Origin: Trichodelitschia bisporula
Taxonomy: Eukaryota
Assembly: GCA_010356995.1 (NCBI GenBank)
Contig: ML996690.1
Span: 1,520,217-1,545,812, forward strand
Direction: 5' to 3'
DNA: 25,596 bases
In this document: positions 12,262 to 22,084 of the stretch, in pieces
Layout: each line of letters opens with the position of its first letter
Numbering within the stretch: position 1 is the first letter of the stretch
The notes under the pieces: model-generated
Databases searched by the model: none
Seen by the model: the letters and a program-made list of their open reading frames with translations, nothing else
What the model was told of the DNA's origin: nothing
Made by a program: the position numbers and the translations under genes

Positions 12262-12721
12262 TCATACGCCAGCAGACCGATTGTCGTTCATGGCGACAAT
12301 CTTGACCGAATCCGAACGCAGTTTTTGCGAGCTATTGAGGGCGATGCGCACATCCTCGATAACCCAAGTCCATACATCGTCGCAGAGGCGGTACGAGGCG
12401 ACGCGGCCCTAGTGCAGAACTAATCAGCCAGCCGAAAAAAAATGCTATCATTTTACCCTGTATGTACCTTGATGTTCATGCCCGCCGTAACCTCCTCATT
12501 GAGCACCTGCGCCACGACCCGATCGAAGGTTTGCAGCATTTTGATGGCGAGTGGAGGGTCGATGCGCTGCTCGGTGATGTACGAGTCGAGCGCATCAGTG
12601 AGGGCGAGGCCAATGCTACGAAGCGATCAGATGTTGCAACTTACATATATACTCAAGATATATACCTGGTACGACGGTATATCTCGTAGAAATGGTGCTG
12701 CGGGCGCGGATTAGCAGCCAT
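12262..12721 (-). CDS. TOA2: TFIIA small (gamma) subunit, 3 exons, 116 aa
   Basis: Exons 12721-12666, 12615-12468 and 12408-12262 total 351 nt. Translation: MAANPRPQHHFYEIYRRTSIGLALTDALDSYITEQRIDPPLAIKMLQTFDRVVAQVLNEEVTAGMNIKGRVASYRLCDDVWTWVIEDVRIALNSSQKLRSDSVKIVAMNDNRSAGV. This matches the Toa2 motifs YELYRRS.IG..L.DALD, CDDVWT and KIVA. Confidence 0.95.
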
Positions 12722-12772
12722 GATGGCTTGCTGCGTCGGAAACAATCAGTTCGCTGGCGCCGGACCAATTGG

Positions 12773-12832
12773 TGATGTGGAAAGGGTGTTGATGATGCAA
12801 AATGATGTGGGAAGTGTGTTGATGATGCAAAA
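12773..12832. repeat. 30-bp tandem duplication (2 copies, 2 mismatches) upstream of the TOA2 start
   Basis: TGATGTGGAAAGGGTGTTGATGATGCAAAA followed by TGATGTGGGAAGTGTGTTGATGATGCAAAA. Confidence 0.9.
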
Positions 12833-13379
12833 GTTTCATGGTACAGTTGTAAAATGCGTGAGTGCTTTGGTCTTCTGGGGAAAGGGGGGTGCCAAGCTCT
12901 CATACTTGGAGTTTGCTGCTCGTCTCAACAGGAAGGGTCGACTTTCCGTGATGCTTCTGGCCGAAATGTCATCTTTCCTCCGGGCCTGTAACACAAACAG
13001 GCCGTTTGTTTTCGGAAAGGCGTGAGCTGCGGAGCATACGGCGGTTCATGCAAATCCGGCTTTAGCTGTTACACCACAGAGCTCGTCGTCACTGCCCAAG
13101 ACGTCGCTGAATGTGGGTATCAAAGAGTAAGGCAATATCGGACTCGAGCTCTTGATATTCATGATAGAGGAGGCTTGGATTCAGACACGGCTGCGCCCGC
13201 CGCTCTGGTCCAGAAGTGATCTCTGGAAGGACATCAGTAAGTGTTCTTTTGTTCAGTTTAGGTACGGTCACCAACAACATTTCTGGGGAATGAGAAGGCT
13301 ACTTGCACACATTATTGCCACTCGCCGTACCCTCTCACATCACTTTATTGGCTCTGGTCCCAGCAATTTCCATACGATA

Positions 13380-14564
13380 CTATCTCGGCTGTATGCCCAA
13401 AGCGTCGCACTTGCGCTTGTGCGCCGTGTCGATGATCTTGCCACTAACCTCCAGCGCGTTGCTCGCCGCCTCGGCGCTTGCCAACGTCTTACTGCGGCCA
13501 CTGCCACGCCCGAGGTATTGCTTAGTGTAGCCCCAGCCGGTAAGATATACCGCTATGAAGAACGTGGTACGAGAGTTTTTCACCTCCATAGGACGCTCCT
13601 GCAGGTATTCCAGCTTCGCGTCCCCCCCGAGCAGCTTCTGGGCCAGCAGTACGCGTGCCTGGCTGGACTTGAGGCCCTCGTCGGCGCCGACCTTGCCATC
13701 GCCCCTGGCGCGCCACTCCAGAACCTTGGGCGCCCACAGCGCCGTCAGCCATTGCTCCGCCGTGTCGAATCCGTGCTGCGGATCTGACAGTATCACACAC
13801 GCGACGTACGCCTCGAACACGTCAGCCAGGATCTTGCTCCAAGTCTTGCCACCCTGGGAACGCTCGTGCTTGGTCGTCTTGACGCGGTCTGGGAAGCCGT
13901 AGTGTTCGGCGTAGGAGGCCAGCGTGTCATTCTTGATGAGCAGCTCGCGGAGGCCAGCCTTTTGCCCAACCGAGTGGCCAGCGAATCGCGCGTGAATCAA
14001 CCGCGTCGCGATGACTTCCAGATATGCGTCACCCAGAAACTCAAGCGGCTCGTACGTGTTCGTGCTGGTAGGTGGCACGTGAGCGGGCAGCATGCTTGTG
14101 TGGGTGAAGGGCGCGTCAGTGAGGGTAGGATCGGTGATGGCGGGGAGCGGCGGGATGTCTGCTGGGAGAGGAGTTTTTGCAGTCGGCATGGGCGGTATGG
14201 TGCCGAACTTTGAATTGTCTGCGGGAGAGCGAGCGTTCAAAGTTGTCAACGCTGGGGTTAGTGGAGGCGAATAGGCATTCATGTTGCTGTTCGTGAGCCT
14301 CGTTTCGTTCTTGTTTTGGTCTCCATCTTGGTTGCTGTCCGTTGGCTTGAGAAGCCGCTGAAGCTCTGTGGCATGAGCGATAATCTCCGAAGTATAGCCC
14401 CTCGCAGAGCCGTTCGCAATCACATCCTGGAGTGCAGTGGAAATGTCCGGGCTCGTTCTCGGCTTGGAGTTATCGTCATGTCGGCGGCGCTTAAGTGCAG
14501 GCTCGCGGACTTCGGTATCGTCGCGCGGTTCGTACTTGGTCTTTGAACGCTTGGAGTCCGCCAT
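13380..14564 (-). CDS. Ribonuclease III (Rnt1/Pac1-like): disordered N-terminus, RNase III domain and dsRBD, 394 aa
   Basis: ATG at 14564 in strong CACCATGG context. Signature YEPLEFLGDAYLE and second acidic motif KILADVFEAYV are present. The C-terminal dsRBD-like region reads YLGRGSGRSKTLASAEAASNAL. Confidence 0.9.
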   Translation of the reverse strand: MADSKRSKTKYEPRDDTEVREPALKRRRHDDNSKPRTSPDISTALQDVIANGSARGYTSEIIAHATELQRLLKPTDSNQDGDQNKNETRLTNSNMNAYSPPLTPALTTLNARSPADNSKFGTIPPMPTAKTPLPADIPPLPAITDPTLTDAPFTHTSMLPAHVPPTSTNTYEPLEFLGDAYLEVIATRLIHARFAGHSVGQKAGLRELLIKNDTLASYAEHYGFPDRVKTTKHERSQGGKTWSKILADVFEAYVACVILSDPQHGFDTAEQWLTALWAPKVLEWRARGDGKVGADEGLKSSQARVLLAQKLLGGDAKLEYLQERPMEVKNSRTTFFIAVYLTGWGYTKQYLGRGSGRSKTLASAEAASNALEVSGKIIDTAHKRKCDALGIQPR

Positions 14565-16081
14565 GGTGATGGCAGACAAAAGAGAGCTGCGCTTGAGAAG
14601 CAGGCACAAGGGGAGGCCGCTTACCAGTATCCTGCCGACCGTATGAAGCTGGGGTTGACTTGGAGAGTGACGTGAATCTACAGCGGCCAAAATGACAAGG
14701 ATATGACCTTACCCTTGAGGCTTGGCCGCCTTCAGCCACGACACATCGCTCGGTGAGGGAATCGTGGCTATCGCGGTTACTCAGACAATAATACGTACGG
14801 ATGGAAGCTTTACGAACGCAGCACCATTCGGTCTGACCGTTGCGCAGCCAGATGAGAATCAAATGGACTCAAAAATTTCATGCCCGGCCTGCCCGCGCCG
14901 TTTTGCGGAGGAGTCCTCGTGCCGCATTACCGGACTTGGCCAACGCTGACGCGGTCAACGTAAAGCGGAAATCGACAAAGCCCGTCACGGCCTGCTTGCC
15001 AACTTGGAGGTTCTTGCGAGGCGTTGGCATGCCCATGCCGCCCACATATGGATTTATGGCTTTCGGCTTGACTTTGGCTTGGAAGCACAATCGCCCTCTA
15101 CCCGATGTACCGTAAGTGCGGTCCGGGATGACGGCGGCTCGGCCCGCGTATCAGCTGGGGGTTGTCCGGAGCCCTCTCCGGTTTCTAAGCTTCGAACGTC
15201 AACGCGCATCTCTGGTGAGTGAAAATCGTCAATGGGCTGTTGACCAGCCTCGGGGTGACACACGTGAGAGTTACGCGTACTGAGAGGGGCCGGCGGCCGG
15301 AAAGGCGGTATGCTCTGGATCCCGCAAACTCAGTGTACCAGATGAGCGCGCTCACTACCGGCCAAGGCAGTCCAAGTGATCCAGTAAGTTAAAGCTGGAT
15401 CAAACCCGCCGAGTGACTGGTACGCCGCCGCTTGGTCTGATTGCCCTCGCTGCAAAAGATGCACAGTGATCCAGCGGTAGGCGATGCATCTCCGGCAGTT
15501 CCTCGATCATTTACATCCATTACACGCCACCACTCTATCCATCAACGCACGTTTCAACAGGGAAGCACCATACGCTGACGTTTGGCATTCGTGGATTGAC
15601 GCCGTAAGCCGACGCACCTATCGAACGTCATACTGCAGTAGAACCTCCGGCGTGACTTTTGACCTGCTTTCAGCGAATTGCCTTGACTAGATCTTGCGAA
15701 TTCATGGTTATAAGTAGTATACGGCATCAAAGCATCAGCCCCCGTGGTAGCCATTTTCTCGTGTTTGAAGCAGATGTCTCGGCGGTTAAGTGCACCCAAT
15801 TTCAGATTCATCATATGATACTTGAAGATCCAACTTTTTTTAGGCTCCCGCATTTAAAAAGTCGGTCTCTTCATTGCCACTATTGCAGTCGGCACCCGGG
15901 AGTACCATAGTCCACCTAGGACACGGTGTTGATCGCTGCATATAAATCGCCGAAGCATAAGTGTAGAGGAGGCGCTTTGCTCATCTCTTCCCTTCGTGCG
16001 TTTCTGAACCACAGTATCACGATTACATCTTGACCCCGACACTTCCATCACACTGCTCGCCGGTTGCATGCTAGTAGTACC

Positions 16082-16734
16082 ATGAGGTCCTTCCCGCTTC
16101 TCCTTGGTCCCGCTTGTTGCGCCGCTGCAGTCGGAATAGCCAAGTTCAAACATCCCTTTGCGGGGTTTTCCGCCTACGACTTCCTCCTCCCGCGAGGTTG
16201 TGAAACACCAACCCTCCGGAACGGCACTGAGATGTGCGGCGTTTTCTTCGGCCGATACATCACCTTCGACATGACGCCTAGCCGGGTGCTTCCACAGTTC
16301 CATGAGCAAATTGGCAAAGTGTACGCCTTCAAAGACTGCGAGCACGTCCTTGGCTACGGCTACCTCGAGGACGAAGACTATGGGGGCAGAATAGCGGAGA
16401 TTCCCATCGAGCTCGCGGCAGGTGAGAGGGAGTACCTGATTCTAGAGGTCAAAAGTTTCCCGCCGAACTTTGGTTACGGTGAAGACATGACCACCTCCTT
16501 TATGGGCAAGGAGTTCGGCGAAAAGCATTGCCGTCACTTTTACTGCATGGGAGTCAGTATACCGATTTCCCCGTGCTTCACTTGGTGGAATTCTGCTGAC
16601 TTGGTTAGCCGTTGGAAGAAAAATTCGAAGGCTGGGTAACACAAGGCTGGTGTACTCAGTGCAACTTTGAGTGCGATCCTTCGGCAGAGTACGGCGCGGA
16701 TAATGAGGGACGGAAGATAGCTGAGGAAGGGTAA
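16082..16734 (+). CDS. Small secreted cysteine-containing protein of unknown function, 2 exons, 198 aa
   Basis: TATAAAT at 15941 and a signal-like start MRSFPLLLGPACCAAAVG. The predicted intron 16553-16608 (GTCAGT, GCTGAC, TAG) joins exon 1 to PLEEKFEGWVTQGWCTQCNFECDPS...EEG-stop. The mature region has 8 Cys. Confidence 0.65.
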
Positions 16735-16917
16735 GAGACCCAGGTTGTCATTGATCACGTATGTGCGGTGCACGCGCGGTGGACATTGAAGGGTAGACAA
16801 GAGGCGTATGGATGCAATTAATCCACGGTAAACACACTTCCGATTTCCCATGCACGTAGCAATCAAGCCATGGCTGGCTGCAGCAATGACTGAAAGCGTG
16901 TTGACATCGTACTGTAT

Positions 16918-17959
16918 TTACAGCGTAGTCTCTAGATCGGCCCAGCGACCAGCGCGCAGCGGATCTAGGCGACGCAGATGCGATAACCAGGATTGCAATT
17001 TGGAGCAGGCGACAGCCTCTGGCCGGAGCTTGTGGAATTCCATTGCGTACTGTAGCAGAGCCTGGTAAATCCACTTACAGTCATCGTAGTCTTCAAGCAT
17101 CTCCTCAACCCGGGCCATCTCACTTTCAAAGTATGCGGCCTTTTCCGCAGTGGTGAGCCGTAAGATTGTCTGCTCGACAACGCACCGCATGAGAAATTGG
17201 TGGTAAAACCATGCTGACTGATTAAATGGGTCGACAAGCGCCTCTTGACTGATATCCAACTCGTTGTCGAATACGCGCCGCCGCTGCGCGTCCGTCGCAC
17301 CCCGCTCATCCAACACCCTGCCCAACAGCTTGCTGCGGTAGTGAAACGCGGAGAAATTCTGCAGTGCGCGCCGGATCGCAGCCCCTGTGTACACAAGCTC
17401 CTCTTCGGCAAGTGATGTACCCTCAAGGCGTTCCACGGCCATTACGACGCGACGTCGGTAACCCCAGCCGTGGAAATTACGCTCATCGCGTGTGAGCATA
17501 TGGGCAACGAGGGCAAGCTCGCCGCGCCAGATGGCAAGAGCCTCCTTCGGGGCGTAGAGCTCCGCCTGTTCGAGGAGCCAGATGCGGTAGTTCCAGAGCC
17601 AGTAGCATTTGGGGTAGAGCTTGAGGAGAGGGATGAGGAAGGCTAGGTCCGCTGTGATTAGATCAACACCAGGGGCCGCGGACGTGGCCATGAGATGCGA
17701 GAGGAGTTTGCGGCGGTGGTTCCAAGCCGTATAGAACTCGGGGTTGATGGAAAGAAGCCTTGAGGTCAGGGCGAGGGTATCGGAAGTGTATTCTTGAGCT
17801 TGCATCTGGGCGTTGACTTGCTGCACCAGGGCCTGGTAGTCATCGATGCTTTTGCGGTCACGCTCATCATCCCTTTTGCTAGAAACGCGAGGCACGCCGT
17901 GCTAAAATGTTTGGTCAGTCGTGATGAGGGATGCCTCGCGGGGGATGGTTTACACTCAT
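16918..17959 (-). CDS. BET4: Rab geranylgeranyltransferase (GGTase II) alpha subunit, 2 exons, 329 aa
   Basis: A 6-nt first coding exon (17959-17954), intron 17953-17902, and exon 2 (17901-16918) give MSHGVPR. PPTA repeats: NPEFYTAWNHRR, PKCYWLWNYR, DERNFHGWGYRR, NFSAFHYRSKLL, DPFNQSAWFYH. The protein ends with LDPLRAGRW. Confidence 0.92.
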
Positions 17960-18226
17960 GACTGCACGACGCACATTAACAAGCTGTGCTATGTAGAGAA
18001 GATGCTGAGAGTACGCAGGGGGGAGAGAAGCGCACCGAGAGTCAGGGAAGATGCTGCTGACGTTGGCTGAAAGTAAACGTTTTTGAAGCTGTGCAGTAAA
18101 TGCGGAGGAGATGGTGGCACGGCGGGGCATGCTAGTGCCAACCCCCCCCCGTTGTAAGCCACCCCGAAGTTGACGTTCCTCCGCACATCACCACGTCCAT
18201 GAGGCCAAACAACCCGCACTGCCATC
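17960..18226. promoter_or_regulatory. Compact divergent promoter between BET4 and PPCDC
   Basis: Only 267 bp separate the head-to-head start codons. Confidence 0.6.
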
Positions 18227-18934
18227 ATGAACCGCCCCTTTGACCATACACAGCACGTGCATGATGGCACGCACCACATTCTCCTAGCAGCCTCGGGCTC
18301 CGTCGCGACAATCAAGCTCCCGAACCTTATCGCCGGCCTCAACGCAAGCCCCGCACCGCTCTCCATCCGCATCATCCTCACCGTGTCCGCAGCACAATTC
18401 CTCGCCGGGCAGTCGCGCGAGCAGCCCTCGCTTGCCGACATTGCGTCTCTCCCTAACGTTGACGGCATATACCTCGACTCCGATGAGTGGGCCACGCCGT
18501 GGACCCGTGGAGCGCCAATACTCCACATTGAACTGCGGCGCTGGGCGGACGTGATGGTTATCGCGCCCTTGTCAGCGAACACACTCGCAAAGATGGTGGC
18601 TGGCCTGTGCGACAACCTGCTTCTATCCGTTGTGCGCGCGTGGGACTGCTCTGGGAAACTGGATGCGCCGCATAGGGTTGCGTATAATGGGCGTGAGAAG
18701 ACCTGGCCGGGCACAGGCCGCAAAGTAATCATCGTGGCGCCGGCCATGAACACGGCCATGTGGGCGCATCCTCTTACGGCAAACCACATCGCCGCGATTG
18801 GGGAATTCAACTGGATCAAAGTCTTGCGCCCGGTGGAGAAGGAACTCGCCTGCGGCGACACCGGGACCGGTGCAATGCGGCCGTGGAATGAAATAAAGGA
18901 CACGATCTTAGATGTAATACGACTTGAAGAGTGA
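18227..18934 (+). CDS. Phosphopantothenoylcysteine decarboxylase (HFCD flavoprotein, Hal3/Cab3 family), 235 aa
   Basis: Motifs: HILLAASGSVATIK, LHIELRRWAD, IAPLSANTLAK, GLCDNLL, APAMNTAMW, LACGDTGTGAM. Confidence 0.95.
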   Translation: MNRPFDHTQHVHDGTHHILLAASGSVATIKLPNLIAGLNASPAPLSIRIILTVSAAQFLAGQSREQPSLADIASLPNVDGIYLDSDEWATPWTRGAPILHIELRRWADVMVIAPLSANTLAKMVAGLCDNLLLSVVRAWDCSGKLDAPHRVAYNGREKTWPGTGRKVIIVAPAMNTAMWAHPLTANHIAAIGEFNWIKVLRPVEKELACGDTGTGAMRPWNEIKDTILDVIRLEE

Positions 18935-19685
18935 CCGTGAGCCGCGATCATTATGGCCATTCAATTCTTTATGCAGCATTCGATTTTGAAGAGGAGCCAG
19001 TACTGTTTACAATGGATACGCTGGCCTCTGCCTTTCGGCAATCCTAGGGAACGCCCTGAGGGAGAGCGGTCACGACATTTTTGGGCGGCAGTCATGATCT
19101 TTTCGGGTGGCCCTTGGACTCGTACGTTGGAGAAGCTCAATCCCTTCTTGTTGGTAGGTCCAACTGACTACATCGGCTCCAATGGCCGTTTTCAGTGCAG
19201 AGGAGCAGAAGGTGGAAAGGTTAAATGAACGCATGAGGAAGCGTTCGGTCTCAAGATGTGTGGGTGAATTCTCTTCCCAAAGCCGGTGGCAGCAGGGAGC
19301 AGGGACACGCAATGAACGAACGGGTAAAGTACGAGCCCCACGGTACGTACCTGACCTCCCTGCACGATTCTCACCACGTTCTTGACATCATGTAATGGGG
19401 GTACACCACGGCAGGTGTGTGAAAGAACGAGTACAGGTTGGAAGGTAAGACGAAAGACAAGGAGCAGGAGGAGGAGCAGGAGATACGCCGCTCGCCACGT
19501 ATTCCTCCACAGTTCCTTCAAGTCTTGCGCTCTGCCACTTCCCTAGTTACTCTTTTCTAGCCCACATCGTTCTGAGCTCCTTATATGCTTACCTTGGTGA
19601 GTAGGTCAGCGAGACTGGCGGCATAAATACTAAGCCTTTCTCTTCGCTGCCAGCAAGTCCTTTTCTTTGCTCACCGACTTCCGAC

Positions 19686-19878
19686 ACACCAACTCTCCGC
19701 CTACCATTTCTTAAGGCATCATCCCTCAAGACATCTCTCCACGTACCATCACTCACCGTGCCTTCTCTCACTGTGCCCTCTCTCAACGTACCATCTCTCA
19801 ACGTGCCCTCTCTCAACGAAACTATCTTTCAACACACCAACTCTCCACGCACCATCTGTCAAGGCACCATCTCTCAAC
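19686..19878 (+). repeat. Degenerate 15-nt minisatellite, about 13 units, consensus GYRCCHTCTCTCAAC
   Basis: Units include GTGCCCTCTCTCAAC, GTACCATCTCTCAAC and GCACCATCTCTCAAC. One unit is 12 nt and one is 16 nt. The array reads (V/A/T)PSL(N/K/H/T) on the + strand. Confidence 0.9.
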
Positions 19879-19925
19879 AAACGGCCTATGACTAGCCGGC
19901 ACGCCAGTACCTACGGTTCCAAGTT

Positions 19926-20240
19926 GTATGTTTCTACCCTTGGTTGACTGTGGGTCAACCTACTTTTGAATCAAGATGTACAGACCGCAATTTTGCTGAC
20001 ACCTTGGTACTTTTTAACAGCTTCTCACTCGAGCATCGCGAGCAGCTCGAGCATGTCAGCAACTCAGCCACCCACGTCCCCAGATGACTGGCAGCCGCAG
20101 GATGCTTACTTGTTGCCTGGATGAAGCGTGCATTTGCGGTACGGACACGATCACAGCCTGGGACCTGCCTCTGAGCCATGGCGGAGAGCGATGTTTTCGA
20201 GGAGATCGAATCCTGCGAACGGAGCCCCACGACTCTTGGT
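19926..20240 (+). pseudogene. Truncated, decayed paralog of the 5' part of the downstream protease gene
   Basis: It shares an intron 3' end with the downstream copy (CTGACACCTT...TTTT.ACAG|CTTC....TCGAGCA). MSATQPPTSPDDWQPQ aligns with MPEVQPPAAPAVWQPR. GTCL*AMAESDVFEEIESCERSPTTL aligns with GTCLWAMTKSREFEKMTSCEQSLRTL. Confidence 0.75.
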
Positions 20241-20440
20241 TCTGTGCCGTTCTCGATTAATCATGATACGTTCACAGCAACACTTTTTTATCATGAACAC
20301 TACCTCACCGAAATTCCATTCACGGCCCGTCCGCCGACGGGATGCGTCACCTCGATGGTACAAGTTATCGACGCGCGACCGACGGTGCGCGTCCGACGGT
20401 GCACGTCATCACCCCCTCCCCCCAACCCCAAAGGCGGAAG

Positions 20441-22084
20441 ATGACTCATTACTACGACTGTACGTATAAATACCGTCCCATCTTCTCCTTCATCGGCAGT
20501 TTGACTGACACCTTACCACTTTTTTCACAGCTTCACCCTCGAGCAGTGAGAGTGATTCTGGCTCGCCCGAAAGTAAGCCGCCCGCATTCTCACTTGACGG
20601 GCAACAGCAAGATACTCACCAGTTGACAGACGCGAGTACTGCCAGCATGCCCGAAGTTCAGCCACCCGCGGCCCCAGCTGTCTGGCAACCGCGGACTATT
20701 GACATGTTGCCGAGGGATGGCAACGATGCCTCTCCAGGGGTGCCCTCGGAGGAAGCCATGGACATCTTGCGCTCCTTAAAGCTGGGAGATCTTTGGGGCT
20801 GGAATCTCCCGCTACGAATAATACATTCGGGGCACTGACGGCGTCGTAGACTCTGGGACCTGCCTCTGGGCCATGACGAAAAGCCGGGAGTTCGAGAAGA
20901 TGACATCGTGCGAACAGAGTCTCCGAACCCTCCTGGCCGGTTCAGGCCTCCGTCCCTTTGTCTCACCCGGCCGGTTTGGCGAAAGTACCACCGGTTCAAC
21001 CGGGGGTGCCGCCACCGGGTCTAGCCCGCCCTGCGTCCCAGGGGCGTCAATCAGTGACGATCGCCACATGTCGTCGGACACCTTAGGCTGTTATCTCTTC
21101 CACAATGGATCGCCGTACTTCATCACCAACCAGCATGTGATAACTGGTATCCAGGCCGGCCCTCATTCCTTAGAAAAGGACGTGCCCATCATGTCGCCTT
21201 CTAACGAAGACTTTGAGGCGGATTGGAATCTAGCTCTCCGAAACCTGCCCGATGCAGACGTCCGTTTCCGCCAGCGCTATGAGATGTATCTAGACGACGA
21301 TAACGTGTCAAGATCCCAGAGAGAGAACTTAAAGCGCATGGCATTGAAAGCGGAAAAGGTGTGTGCAGACCTGCAGGACATGGAGAAGAATGGCTTGCGG
21401 AAGTTTGGGACGGTCCACAGGGCATGGAAGGGGGTGGTGATGCGGGACGGCGTTGAGCGGATGGTCGACAGCCGTCGGCGTGCCCGAGCAGAGCTGCCCC
21501 TTGATTTGGACGACTACGGGCCAATTGCCTCTCCTCGGGACGGGGACAAAGTCATTATGAGAGGTCGCAAGAGTAAGCTCACAGAAGGCGTAATAGGGGG
21601 GCAGGTGATGGTGAACACGGAAGACCCCAATTACCCCTCTGGCAAAACCACGACAACCGAGTTATACGTGCTTTCGCAGAAACGTCCTGGCCAGTCTTCC
21701 CATGATACTTCCTTCAGCTGTGCGGCGAACTCGGGTGCGGTGGTGCTCCGAGGTGAGGCGAATGAGGTTGTGGGGCAAGTCTGGGGGCCGGGAGCATTCA
21801 AAGAGGATTTGAAAGGCCGGCAGCTGCACGGCACTGTCTCGCTGATCATGGACGGTACGCTGGTCTAACAGGCTGTGAAGACTTTGACAGGGCTCGACCT
21901 CTCTCCAAGTAGTGTGCCAGAGTCGGGTCACTCTGTGGAAGCCTTCCCCCTGATCCACATCGACCCGGCGGGTACCCCAGTGCCTGACATGCGAGAACCC
22001 TTCCGCGAACTGTCAGAGAGGCCGCCGCCGCCGTCAATCAACTGGGCGGAGTTCGAAGGGTACGATTTTGACGATTCGTTGTGA
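20441..22084 (+). pseudogene. Disrupted chymotrypsin-fold serine protease gene (Ssy5/peptidase S64- or Nal1-like)
   Basis: Motifs: (G>D)TLGCYL, YFITNQHV (His), KVIMRGRKSKLTEGVI, FSCAANSGAVV (GDSG-like Ser). ATG 20441 splices in frame through introns 20460-20530 and 20546 (or 20573)-20629. Lesions are a frameshift near 20800, TAA at 20819-20821, and TAA at 21866-21868, after which the same frame continues to TGA at 22084. Confidence 0.7.

Noticed and set aside
14565..14690. N-terminal extension of the RNase III from TTG
   Set aside because: It uses a non-ATG start, and ATG 14564 has a strong initiation context.
14700..15900. Possible telomerase RNA, TPP riboswitch, SRP or RNase P/MRP RNA
   Set aside because: There is no CTAACCCTA-type template. 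CTGAGA is present without the rest of the TPP core, and no SRP or P/MRP conserved boxes were found.
19686..19878. CRISPR-like array
   Set aside because: The units are contiguous and degenerate with no spacers, the context is eukaryotic, and there are no cas genes.
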